Origin: Promethearchaeota archaeon
GTDB lineage: Archaea; Asgardarchaeota; Lokiarchaeia; Sigyniarchaeales; SOKP01
Direction of reading: 5' to 3'
Assembly (NCBI GenBank): GCA_029838195.1
Contig: JALGVJ010000005.1
Span: forward strand, 64,001 to 128,000
Length of the DNA stretch: 64,000 nucleotides
Shown: piece after piece, positions 28,174 to 38,532 of the stretch
Layout: every line of letters begins with the position of its first letter
Numbering within the stretch: position 1 is the first letter of the stretch
Translations under genes and position numbers: made by a program
Notes under the pieces: model-generated
Seen by the model: the letters and a program-made list of their open reading frames with translations, nothing else
What the model was told of the DNA's origin: nothing
The model's database searches: none

Positions 28174-28344
28174 GCTAATTTCCCACGCATTCCCTCTAAA
28201 TTATAAATATTTGATATAAATGGTTGGATTAATTATAAAAATTATAAATTATTATTATATTTTTTAAAATTTTTGCGTTATGCTTATAAATAAAGATAAT
28301 ACTTAATATTTTTGGATAACGAATAACGTATATGATTTTATATA

Positions 28345-29088
28345 ATGGGCCAAAAAATTAAAGTTGTGGGTTTTGATTTAGACGATTGTTTATTTGATTC
28401 CACGGGTTTGAGTGCTCAAGCAAGGATAATGGGAATAAAAGCGATGATTGATTTAGGATTAAATGTCAACTTGAGTAAAGCTAAAATCATGATGGATGAG
28501 ATAGTTTCTGATTATGGTTCTAATTTTCCTAAGCATTATAATTATTTAATAAAGAGATTGAATAATTTTGAAGTAGGGGTAGATATTCCTCCGGGCGAAC
28601 AATATAAATATATTTCAGCAGCGGTTATTGCATATCATCAGGCAAAAATCGATAATATAAAGCTTTATGATGATGTAGAAGAATGCTTGAAGAAAATAAG
28701 GAAATTGAAAATAAAAACAGCGATAATTACGGATGGGATACCCATTAAACAATATGAGAAAATCCATAGATTAGGATTAACGAATTTAATTGATTTGGTT
28801 GTCATTTCAGATCAATTGGGAATAAGAAAACCAAATCCTAAATTATTTGATTATTGTTTAAAAAAATTTGGGGTAAAAGGTGAGGAAGTAATATACGTGG
28901 GAGATAGAATTGAGAAAGACATAATTCCCGCTCTTTTGAACAACATGATAAGCATATATATTCATAGAGGAGGAAAATGGGATACGCGCACGACAGGGAT
29001 GCGGATTCCAAATGAAATCCAACCTGATTACGAGATTTCAAATTTAAATGAATTAATTGCCATAATAGAAGAATTAAATGAGAAATAA
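28345..29088 (+). CDS. HAD-superfamily hydrolase (TIGR02253-like)
   Basis: FDLDDCL, ITDG, KPNP, YVGDRIEKDI. Confidence 0.9.
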   Translation: MGQKIKVVGFDLDDCLFDSTGLSAQARIMGIKAMIDLGLNVNLSKAKIMMDEIVSDYGSNFPKHYNYLIKRLNNFEVGVDIPPGEQYKYISAAVIAYHQAKIDNIKLYDDVEECLKKIRKLKIKTAIITDGIPIKQYEKIHRLGLTNLIDLVVISDQLGIRKPNPKLFDYCLKKFGVKGEEVIYVGDRIEKDIIPALLNNMISIYIHRGGKWDTRTTGMRIPNEIQPDYEISNLNELIAIIEELNEK

Positions 29089-29906
29089 TGATTAATGTTG
29101 CGTGCATTCAACCGAAAATACATTCGGATAGAGATAAATGTTATTCTGAAATAGAATATTTATTGGAAAGACTGTTAAAAGAATTTAAAACTTGCGAAAT
29201 AGCGTGCTTGCCCGAACGTTGGGTTCCCTTTCAACCTGACCTTTCGGAGAATTTTCAAGAAGAACGAGGCCAAGATTATGAATTTATAAAAGAGTTGGCA
29301 CGAGAACACGAAATCTATATTCTAACGGGAGCAATTTGGGAAAAGCGTGCCTCCCATAAAAAGCCTTGGATCACGTGCTATTTTATAAACAATAAAGGCG
29401 TTGAAATTGGACGTCAAGATAAATTGCATTTATACACTTATGAAAGAAAATATTTCATGGCCGGCAATGTGTTGAACATTTTTAAATTAAAAAGTATTCG
29501 TTTTGCGATATTAATTTGTTTTGATATGGCTTTCTATGAAACTCCAAGAGCAGCGACAGAATATGGAGCAGATATTTTATTTTCACCGACTCAAATTCGG
29601 TCAGATGGCAATCAAAACTGGGAAATATATTTAAAAGCACGAGCATTAGAAAATAGAATTCCTGTTGTAGCTTGTAATAGTCTTGGCAAAGTTTTAGAGC
29701 ATGAATTTAAGGGAAATAGTAAAATAATATCTTTTCATGAGGGGTATATGACACCATCCAGACTTAAAGTCAAGGAAGCTCCATTCGGAAAACGCGGTTA
29801 TGTATATGACAGGGTTAATATTGAATTTCCAAGAAAAATGAGAACGGAGCGTTTAAATGAAAAAATTAATATGAATAATATTCAAATAAATAGAGTTTTC
29901 AAGTAG
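29088..29906 (+). CDS. Carbon-nitrogen hydrolase (nitrilase family)
   Basis: Catalytic triad LPE, KLHL, ICFD; RALEN. Confidence 0.9.
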   Translation: MINVACIQPKIHSDRDKCYSEIEYLLERLLKEFKTCEIACLPERWVPFQPDLSENFQEERGQDYEFIKELAREHEIYILTGAIWEKRASHKKPWITCYFINNKGVEIGRQDKLHLYTYERKYFMAGNVLNIFKLKSIRFAILICFDMAFYETPRAATEYGADILFSPTQIRSDGNQNWEIYLKARALENRIPVVACNSLGKVLEHEFKGNSKIISFHEGYMTPSRLKVKEAPFGKRGYVYDRVNIEFPRKMRTERLNEKINMNNIQINRVFK

Positions 29907-30137
29907 ATATCTTCTTTAGTATCCTTAATAAATGCATCCTTCTATATATTCTCTAAAAACTTCACGGTATCGTTTACAATTAAGTTTTAGTTTAAATTTT
30001 TAAATTTGAAATATCTTCGGATAATTAATTGCATTTTTCAAGTCTTATTTTCATGTTTTTAGCTTATCAGACATTCCTAATTAAAAAAGAGTTTTACTTT
30101 TAGTGACCTCACTCTCTGGGGGGTTTATATAGGTTAG

Positions 30138-31373
30138 TTGAAAATAAAAATAAAAAATGAAATAAAAAGAAAAATGATATCACCAACTACCCTTAACCCT
30201 AATTTTATTGGTCCTAGAGCCTTGTTTGATGATAATTTCATCCCTCCTAAATTATTATATAGAAGAAAAGAAAAAAATGCCTTTTTTTCCTTGTTAAATG
30301 ACGCCATCATAGATAATTTCGATTTAAGCGTATTATTTCAGGGAACTCGAGGAATTGGAAAGAAAGCTTTAGTTAATACGGTTTTAAGAGATTTAAAGCA
30401 ATTTCATGAGGATATTATGACAATAAACCAGATTAATATCAATTGTAGAGAAAAGAAAACTAAGGAGATTCTTTTTTCATTGATTACTCAAATGGATTCA
30501 ATATTGAATATTGATATTGATTTGAATGCGATTTGGAATTCAAGCATTAGTAATCTGTGGAATTTAATTAAAATCGTTTATGCTAGAATTAAAAATGAGC
30601 TCATTATCGTATTTAATAATGTGGAATATATAGAGCCAAAAATTTTTAATAAATTTTTAAATTTAGGCAAGGATGTTAATATAACAACGATTTACACGAT
30701 AAACAAGGTATTAGATCCTTCTACATTAGAAGTGCTTTCGAAATTTGACTTTAAAAATAGGTTGAATTTTTTTTCTTTTAAACAATTATATGATATTTTA
30801 AAACAGAGATGTTCCCTTACATTTCCCTTTGAGCTCGATCGAGAAATGATTGAATATATCGTAGACTTAATTTTTGAACATCACGTTCCTGTTCCGGGAA
30901 AGGGTATTGAAATTTTAAGAGATCTTTATCCATTTCTTCATAGAAAAAATACTATTACTCAATTTGAAATTTTAGAATCATGTCAGACTAATTTTGAAAC
31001 GCTTGGAATGATTGATGAGTTTAACTTGATTAATTTCATATCCGAAGAGAATATGTTAACTATTATATTTTTGGATAATTTGGCGGACTATTTTCTTACC
31101 CATTCATCAAAATTTTATATTTCTCGACTTGAATTGCATGAATTATATGAGCTATCGTGTGAAGCGTTGATTTATGAAAAAAATGCCAAAGAATTTAATA
31201 ACTTGATTCAAATGATAAATAATATAGGGATAATGAGCCGAGCAAGAAAAAAACCACTTGAAAGCTTTTCGAAATCTAAAAAAGAGACGAATAATGAATA
31301 TTATTTCATGGTTTTAGAAGCAAATAGGCTGAAAACCATGGTTGACACGATTTTTTCTAATTCCCAATTTTAA
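30138..31373 (+). CDS. Divergent Orc1/Cdc6-like AAA+ protein with degenerate Walker motifs
   Basis: 'FDDNFIPPKLLYRRKE', GTRGIGKK, INC, 'QLYDILKQR', C-terminal wHTH-like region. Confidence 0.7.
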   Translation: MKIKIKNEIKRKMISPTTLNPNFIGPRALFDDNFIPPKLLYRRKEKNAFFSLLNDAIIDNFDLSVLFQGTRGIGKKALVNTVLRDLKQFHEDIMTINQININCREKKTKEILFSLITQMDSILNIDIDLNAIWNSSISNLWNLIKIVYARIKNELIIVFNNVEYIEPKIFNKFLNLGKDVNITTIYTINKVLDPSTLEVLSKFDFKNRLNFFSFKQLYDILKQRCSLTFPFELDREMIEYIVDLIFEHHVPVPGKGIEILRDLYPFLHRKNTITQFEILESCQTNFETLGMIDEFNLINFISEENMLTIIFLDNLADYFLTHSSKFYISRLELHELYELSCEALIYEKNAKEFNNLIQMINNIGIMSRARKKPLESFSKSKKETNNEYYFMVLEANRLKTMVDTIFSNSQF

Positions 31374-31500
31374 TTTATATTTTTTTTTAAAACTTTCTTT
31401 TTTCATGAGATCTAAAGATTATTAAGGTTCTATTTTCTTCAATAATTTAGACCCATAAATAAGAAATTTAAAGGTAGACTATATCTTTTTTCTTATAATA

Positions 31501-34500
31501 TTGAAGGAAGGGAGTGTTACCGTGACATATATTAGAAAGATTTCGATGACGGGATTTAAATCATTTGGTGATAGAACGGTTACAATAAATTTTTCAAAAG
31601 GATTTACTTGTATTGTGGGCCCAAATGGAGCAGGAAAATCGAATATTATAGATGCATTGTGCTTTGCTTTAGGTCGATTAAGTAAAAAGACTATGAGGGC
31701 AAAAAGTTTAGAAGATTTAATATTTGCGGGAACTACCGGTAAAAACCCCAGCCGTAGAACTGCTGTTACCATCACCTTTGATAATTCCGAAGGAGTGTTT
31801 CCTGGAGGAACCGAAACGTTTGAGATTACGAGAATCATCAAAAGGGGTGGTTCGGGAAAGTATAAAATGAATGGAAAAACAGCAACGCGACAACAAATTT
31901 TAGATGCTTTGGCAAGAGGAAATATTGATCCAGATGGCTCGAATCAATTTGTTTTACAAGGAAAAATCGTAGAATTGACTCACATGAATGCAGATGAGAG
32001 AAGAAAATTTATCGAAGAGTTAATAGGATTGGAAAAATATGATGAAATGAAAGATGCTACTTATAAGGAATTAGAAAAAGCAGAGCGGGATTTAGGGCAA
32101 TTTGAGGCAATTTTTAGAGAGGTCTCTGCTCAACTAAAAAAGGTAGAGAGAGAAAAAAATGATGCATTAGCATGGAAAGAATTAGAGGAAAAAATTAATT
32201 TGTATAATGCTCAATTGATTGCTCTAAAGATTGCGAAATTACAAGACGAGGAAAAAGAATTAGAGGAAAATATTGATACTGCTAAAAAAGTGATTAAAGA
32301 ATTAGAAGAAAAAATTACAAGGGAAGAAAATCTATTAAAACAAGAATCCTTGTTGATGGAAAACATTCAGAGAAAGATTTCGGAGAAAGAATCAGATAGA
32401 GAAACCATTATTGAAGCTATAACCAATCTTAAGACAAATTTATCTTCATTGAAGACAGAATTGAATTTATCAGAACAGAGAAACGTGAAATTAGTCCAAG
32501 AAGTAGAAAAATTAAAGTCGCTTCAGATGCGATTAGAAGAGGGCCAAACTTATGATTTGTTAATAGATGCGATGAAAAATAAAATTAAAGACTGTGAAAA
32601 ACAGATTGAAAGCGCTAAAGGTGAGATTGAGCAGAGACAACAACGTCAAACAGAAATTGAGGAGAAGATTAATACCCATGAAAAGAAGAAGGCAGAATAT
32701 AATTCAGAAATTTCCCTAAAAAAACAAGAGATTTCTTCATATCAGACACAAATTAGGATTTTAAGAGAAAATATTAAGAAAAATGAGGAAAAGAAAATTA
32801 AATTAATCGAAGACCTAAATAGATTGAAGGGTGAGTCGGAAGATATTGAAACCGCCATGAAAACGATAAAATTAGAAGAAGATCGGCTAAGAGAGAGAAT
32901 AGAACGATTAAAACAAAAAATTTCTCTAGAAAATGAAAGACAAAAAGAATTAGAAGTAAAAATAAATCAACTATTACAAAAAAGAACTGAGATTAGTTCA
33001 AATGTATCGAGCCTTCAAACATCTTTAACCTCCTTAAATACAGAGATTAAAATTCAAAAAGAAAATATTGAAAACTTGGAAAAAAAGAAATTTACCTTGG
33101 GAGAACGCATAAAGGAATTAAGTAATGGAAAAGATACGGAATTCATAGTAAAAGAATTAATAACACGGAAAAATGATTTATTAAAAAAGATTCAAAATCT
33201 TAAAAACGAAGCAAAAAAAAATGAATCCAATTATAGGAATAATGAAAAAGAATTAGAGGTCTGGAAATTTCGGCAGTCTACGATTAATTCTGAAATAAAT
33301 GCGATTCAGAGTAAAATTGAAAACATGCAACTTGAATTAAATATTTTTGAAAAGGAATTGGTTAATTTACAGAGGGAAAAGCAAGGTTTGGAATTAAATT
33401 CGGAGAATTTACAAGGAAAGTTAGAAAAAATTGAGGCGAATTTAAATAATTTTAACACGAAAAAGGAAAATATTAAACGGAGATTATCTGAATTATTAGA
33501 AGAAAAAAAGAGTACCATTCAAAAAATAAATAATGCAGAACAAGAATATGAAAAAAATAGAGAAGATATAAGAGCGATTTTACAAATATTAAACATGCTC
33601 ACACAAAACATTGAAATTTCCGTAGATTCAATTAAAGGAAGCATTCAACAATCTAACTCTGAGGCAATTAAACTTGCGGGAGAGGATCTTAGAAAATTTA
33701 TATTTGACATCGTTGATATCATGAAAACTATTGAAAGTGTGAAGTGTGAGGAAGATAATATAGAAGAAATGGAAAATTTATTAAATTCCATTCGTCAAAC
33801 ATTAGATATGTTCACTGAGAATGTAGATTCTTCCATAGAACAGCTATTATTTAAAGTCCGGGAATCTGTTGATATTGCAGTCCAAGATTCTACTGCCAAT
33901 TTTGATTCATTCATTCAAGATTTAATGGAGATTTTAGAAAATATTCACGTTTCATTAAAGACGTTGACAGTTTCAAAAAGTCAAGACTTATATAAACAAT
34001 TAGAAGAAATTACCGAAAGTATTGCTTCCCAACAGAATGAATTAAATGCTATTGAACGAAAAATAGCAGAAACTGAATTGAATAAAAAACATGATATTGA
34101 AAATTTAAATTCTACGCAAGCAAGATTAAAAAATATTAATGAAAGGATTAATGAATTAAATGATAAGGTTAAAGAATATAACAATAATATTGAAAAAAAA
34201 AATCAAGAGCTTCAAAAAAAAGAAGATGAGTTAAATAGCGTGATCACGGAGATTGAAAAAATTACAACTGAAAAAAATTCATATTGGGAAAGCTTCTCAA
34301 AAATTCAACAAGAAATTGAAGAGAATCAGAAATTATTCGATGAATTACAGGTGAAATTGCAGGATTTACAAGGAATTCAATCATTTTATGAAAACATTAA
34401 TGAAATTGACCAAAATATCGAGGAAATAAGTAAATTAATCGAAATTAATAAGGGCAAAAGAGAGGAGTTAGAAAAAGAAATCAAGGAAGTACTGGAGCAA

Positions 34501-35964
34501 AGAGTTAAACTACAAGAAGAAATTGATAATTTAAACCTCGAAAAAGAGAAATTTTGGGGAAAAATTAATGATTTAAACAAGGAAATTGATGATACAACCC
34601 TTCAATTAGAAAATATAATGGATAAAAAACGCGCGCTTGAAAATGTTCAAAGAATTATTGATTCAATTGAAGAGATCTCACTAGAAAATTCTGAAGCAAA
34701 AAAAGAGATAGAACAAAGTAAAACGTTAATAGAGGAGATAAATTCCCAAATTAACACCCTTCAATTAGATGCGGATAGAATTCAGGAAATGATTTCTTCT
34801 CTAAGGAAGGAGAAAGAACAAGAGTTAAAAGAACAAAAAGAAGTTCAAAAACAATTAAATAATTTGAATAAAGATCTCCAAAAATTTCAAAGAGAATTAA
34901 ATGAGCTATTTAAAAACAAGGACCGAGAGGAGCAAATTTTATTATTGGTAGATGAAAAAAAAAATACAGAAAATAAAATCTCCGAATTAAAAAATCAAAT
35001 TGAAAAGATAGAAGAAGAGTTAATAAGAGAAAATAAAAGAAAAGATGAAAAACAAGGAGAAATTGATGATTTATTAACAAAGAAAGATGAATCGTGGAAT
35101 AAACAAAAATCTTTACAAAAAAAGATCTCAGAGCTAAAAACCTCGCATTCCTTGGAAACCTCTAAATTAAGCAACTTTGAATCAAAAAAAATCATGTGTG
35201 TTGATCAGATTGAAACTTTATATGAGCGATCTAAGGATTATGGAACTCTTCCCCCAGTTCCGGAAAATTTAACAGAATCAATTTTACAAAATCAAATTTT
35301 AGATGCAATAAATAAGAAAAAAGCTTTGGAACCCGTAAATCTGAAAGCTATTGAACAATATGACGTTATAAAAGAAAGATTTGATGAAATTGACATGCGT
35401 CGACAAACTATCCAAAGAGAACGGAAAGCAATATTAGATGCTATTGAAAAGATTGAGTTAGAAAAAACTAAATCATTCATGAAAGCATATCACGAGATTA
35501 ATAGAGCATTTTCTAATATCTTTCAAAAATTATCTCCTGGAGGATCTGCTAAAATGATTTTAGATCGGCCCGATTCTCCTTTTGAGGGAGGAATAAGCAT
35601 TGAAGCACGACCACGGGGTAAAAAGATCTCTTCTTTAGAAATATTGAGCGGAGGAGAAAAGACATTAGTTGCGCTCTCTTTCATATTTGCTGTGCAGGAA
35701 TTTTTCCCCGCTCCTTTTTATATCATGGATGAGATTGATGCAGCTCTGGATTCATTAAATGCTCATAGAGTTGCAATGGTTATAAAAGAATTTGCAGAAC
35801 AAGCTCAATTCATCATTATCAGTCATAGAGAAGAAGTTATTGTAAATGCGGAAAGAATATATGGCGTATCTATGCAAGAAAGCGGAATTACAGATATCTT
35901 TAGCGTGGACCTTCAGTCTGAAGCAAAAAAATTATTAGAACCAGAAAAAGTTAGTGCTAATTAG
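31501..35964 (+). CDS. smc: SMC chromosome segregation ATPase, 1487 aa, no canonical hinge
   Basis: GFKSF, GPNGAGKSN, LQG Q-loop, VNLKAIEQY, LSGGEKT, MDEIDAALD, ISHR. Confidence 0.93.
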   Translation: MKEGSVTVTYIRKISMTGFKSFGDRTVTINFSKGFTCIVGPNGAGKSNIIDALCFALGRLSKKTMRAKSLEDLIFAGTTGKNPSRRTAVTITFDNSEGVFPGGTETFEITRIIKRGGSGKYKMNGKTATRQQILDALARGNIDPDGSNQFVLQGKIVELTHMNADERRKFIEELIGLEKYDEMKDATYKELEKAERDLGQFEAIFREVSAQLKKVEREKNDALAWKELEEKINLYNAQLIALKIAKLQDEEKELEENIDTAKKVIKELEEKITREENLLKQESLLMENIQRKISEKESDRETIIEAITNLKTNLSSLKTELNLSEQRNVKLVQEVEKLKSLQMRLEEGQTYDLLIDAMKNKIKDCEKQIESAKGEIEQRQQRQTEIEEKINTHEKKKAEYNSEISLKKQEISSYQTQIRILRENIKKNEEKKIKLIEDLNRLKGESEDIETAMKTIKLEEDRLRERIERLKQKISLENERQKELEVKINQLLQKRTEISSNVSSLQTSLTSLNTEIKIQKENIENLEKKKFTLGERIKELSNGKDTEFIVKELITRKNDLLKKIQNLKNEAKKNESNYRNNEKELEVWKFRQSTINSEINAIQSKIENMQLELNIFEKELVNLQREKQGLELNSENLQGKLEKIEANLNNFNTKKENIKRRLSELLEEKKSTIQKINNAEQEYEKNREDIRAILQILNMLTQNIEISVDSIKGSIQQSNSEAIKLAGEDLRKFIFDIVDIMKTIESVKCEEDNIEEMENLLNSIRQTLDMFTENVDSSIEQLLFKVRESVDIAVQDSTANFDSFIQDLMEILENIHVSLKTLTVSKSQDLYKQLEEITESIASQQNELNAIERKIAETELNKKHDIENLNSTQARLKNINERINELNDKVKEYNNNIEKKNQELQKKEDELNSVITEIEKITTEKNSYWESFSKIQQEIEENQKLFDELQVKLQDLQGIQSFYENINEIDQNIEEISKLIEINKGKREELEKEIKEVLEQRVKLQEEIDNLNLEKEKFWGKINDLNKEIDDTTLQLENIMDKKRALENVQRIIDSIEEISLENSEAKKEIEQSKTLIEEINSQINTLQLDADRIQEMISSLRKEKEQELKEQKEVQKQLNNLNKDLQKFQRELNELFKNKDREEQILLLVDEKKNTENKISELKNQIEKIEEELIRENKRKDEKQGEIDDLLTKKDESWNKQKSLQKKISELKTSHSLETSKLSNFESKKIMCVDQIETLYERSKDYGTLPPVPENLTESILQNQILDAINKKKALEPVNLKAIEQYDVIKERFDEIDMRRQTIQRERKAILDAIEKIELEKTKSFMKAYHEINRAFSNIFQKLSPGGSAKMILDRPDSPFEGGISIEARPRGKKISSLEILSGGEKTLVALSFIFAVQEFFPAPFYIMDEIDAALDSLNAHRVAMVIKEFAEQAQFIIISHREEVIVNAERIYGVSMQESGITDIFSVDLQSEAKKLLEPEKVSAN

Positions 35965-36197
35965 TTCTAGTTAAAATTAGAGTGGATTATTAAAAATTTT
36001 TACACTTTTAGAACTATTCAATTTTTAAATCTTAGTTTAATAACCTCGTGTAAAAGATATTAATGGTAATTAATCAAAGAAATTTAAAAATGAGCTGAAT
36101 TGTGCTATTTCTAATAAAATAGAGTTAAAAAGGTTAATCAATACTAATAAAATAATCACGAGCAATATTATTTTACAAATGCCTTCGGATTTCAAGT

Positions 36198-36854
36198 TTA
36201 ATTCCTTCTATTTATTATTTTCAATATTTTTTTTTCAAGATCCGTTAAGTTTAGATTATTTTGATCAATTTTTTCAAAAATATCGTGTAAAAGTTCTAAT
36301 AGATATAATTGATTAAAATCATTGTATCTATCTTGAATTGCAACCCTCTTTTCTCTATATTCTTTAATTATCGTTTGGATATTTTCTTTAGAAATAATTT
36401 CTTTGTTAATTTCTTGAATTTTAGGATTTTTTTTCAAATCATTAATAATTTTTTTGGTTAAATCGGAGATTCCCTCTAAAATGGTTGTTTTAAAATTTTT
36501 AAATTTCTGTGTGTACTTTAAATTTCTTTGAATGGTTGGAATTTCATCAGAATCTTCTTTATTTAATTTTAAATCATTTGGAGTTTCTAGTTCTTGAATA
36601 CATTTTTGCTTACTATTTCCAATAGATTCTTCTTTTTCAACATTTTCTTTAACAACATCACCTTCCCTATAATCATCTAAAATATTTTTTTGCCATTTCT
36701 GTCCATCTAATGCGAATAACTCCATTGAGCGTACTTCATCCCTCTGTTCTATTGAGATTTCATAAAATTCTCTTAAAATTTTATCGATTTCATAGTCATT
36801 ATCATTTTCTTGATCCTCTGAGAAATCCTGGTTAATTTCTGAAATAATCTGCAC
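36198..36854 (-). CDS. Hypothetical acidic/charged protein
   Basis: 218-aa ORF with no recognised motif. Confidence 0.5.
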   Translation of the reverse strand: MQIISEINQDFSEDQENDNDYEIDKILREFYEISIEQRDEVRSMELFALDGQKWQKNILDDYREGDVVKENVEKEESIGNSKQKCIQELETPNDLKLNKEDSDEIPTIQRNLKYTQKFKNFKTTILEGISDLTKKIINDLKKNPKIQEINKEIISKENIQTIIKEYREKRVAIQDRYNDFNQLYLLELLHDIFEKIDQNNLNLTDLEKKILKIINRRN

Positions 36855-37185
36855 CTCTTTTAAAAATAATTTTTAAGAAAGAAATTCAAGCATTATTTGT
36901 TGATTTGCCCTTTTAAAGTCCTATATTTTCTCTTTTTCAAAATTATTAAAAAAATCTCGAATTAAATCAATTTTCAATTCTTTTAGGGAACAATTAAGAA
37001 CACGTTTATTTCATTCCCAATTCTATCGTGATTTTTTAACCAATCTTTGACAAAAAATGAAACTTTTTAGTTAATTCAAGAGATAATAATGAAATTTCTT
37101 AAATTTAAAAAATAAAATGTTTACGATTAATTATCTGATTAGAGAAAAAAAGTAGGTATTGAATTAATTTCTTCATAATAAAGAG

Positions 37186-37485
37186 ATGATGGAACTAAAT
37201 TACATTATTTTTGGAATTTTTTTATTCACGAGCTTTTTCATAATTATTTTTGTTTTTGCCGCACTTTCAGCAGATCTCTTCATTACGGTGATATCGTTTT
37301 TATTTTATCTCATATTATTAATACCCTTTTACATCCTACTGAATGAGTTTAAAATTCAAATTTATTATTATGATTTAGAAACCTTATCTTATTTTATTTC
37401 TTTTTACTCGTTTTCCATTTTAATAACTTCTTTTTTCGGAATATATCTTTTTATTCAAACGTGCTACCTAATTTTAGCAGCATGA
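37186..37485 (+). CDS. Small hypothetical membrane protein
   Basis: About 3 hydrophobic helices. Confidence 0.5.
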   Translation: MMELNYIIFGIFLFTSFFIIIFVFAALSADLFITVISFLFYLILLIPFYILLNEFKIQIYYYDLETLSYFISFYSFSILITSFFGIYLFIQTCYLILAA

Positions 37486-37611
37486 TCTTGGTCCTTTTTT
37501 AAATAAAAAAGTAAAGTGTTTATGAGAGTAATATAATGAACTTCTCTCTTCTTTAGAATTTTAAAATTAAAACGTTCTATTTAAATAAATTGTCGCGGAC
37601 AAAAAATAACC

Positions 37612-38259
37612 ATGATTGTCGATCAACTATCTAAAACGATCTTCATAAAAATTATTTTATACGGTCCTGCGATGGCAGGAAAGACCACCTTAATGGATTT
37701 CATCCACTCAATTCACGGAGATCGAGGAGTATTAGATAAAATTGAAGGAACCCATGGAAGGACATTATTTTGGGATCACGGTGTTTATACTTTTGTAATT
37801 TCAAAGGGCTGGAAAGTAAAATTAGTATTAATTGGCACTACGGGCCAAAAATATTATAAAGATAACCGCATGGTGATAATGAAGCAAGGATGTGATGGAA
37901 TTATCTTTATAGCAGATGCGAGAAAAACAGAGATCGAACGAAACATGGCAAGTTTCGCTGAATTGGTGGGAATATTTGGTCCAAATTTATCAAAAATTCC
38001 AATTGTAATCTGCTTGAATAAGTATGATTTGGACAAAAATACGTTAATCTCGTTAGAAGATTTCCGAAAGATTTTAAAAGACCGATTTAAGGAAATTATT
38101 GAAAATGAAGAACGTTTGCGAATCTCTTATAGAATTACGATTGCCGTGAAAGGATATGGAGCGATGGAAGCTTTAAGACAAGTTTTATTATTCATTAATC
38201 CCGATCTATTAAAACTATTGGAACCTGAATTAAAGAGTGGTCAAGTTATAATAATTTAA
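37612..38259 (+). CDS. MglA-like small GTPase
   Basis: KIILYGPAMAGKTT, 'GRTLFWD', G3 GTTGQ, DGIIFIAD, NKYD. Confidence 0.8.
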   Translation: MIVDQLSKTIFIKIILYGPAMAGKTTLMDFIHSIHGDRGVLDKIEGTHGRTLFWDHGVYTFVISKGWKVKLVLIGTTGQKYYKDNRMVIMKQGCDGIIFIADARKTEIERNMASFAELVGIFGPNLSKIPIVICLNKYDLDKNTLISLEDFRKILKDRFKEIIENEERLRISYRITIAVKGYGAMEALRQVLLFINPDLLKLLEPELKSGQVIII

Positions 38260-38532
38260 AGTAATTCTTTTTTCTTTTCTATTATTTTTCTATTTATCTC
38301 AAATAAGAATGATCATTTAGCTTCCATAGATAAAAGATTAATTTTTATGTAGGTCGTTATGAATCTACGATAATAATCGAAAGGGGAGAAGAAGAAAGAT
38401 ATTTAAAAAAGAACCTTTATGGAATAATTAGAACTTAATAAATTTGAAAAGAAAATCTTAAATTTATAATTAAGGATTTGGAAAAGACATATTTTTAAAT
38501 TTTTTTAAAAAAAGTTATTATTACTAAAAAAG

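Noticed and set aside
30105-30130. G-string (CTCTGGGGGG) upstream of the Cdc6-like gene as an ORB/replication origin
   Set aside because: No TCCA-x-TGGAAA-type ORB core and no repeated boxes; the adjacent Cdc6 is degenerate
31479-35480. Short antisense ORFs inside smc (and similar ones inside other long genes)
   Set aside because: Shadow frames of strongly supported genes, with Phe/Ser/Leu-rich antisense composition
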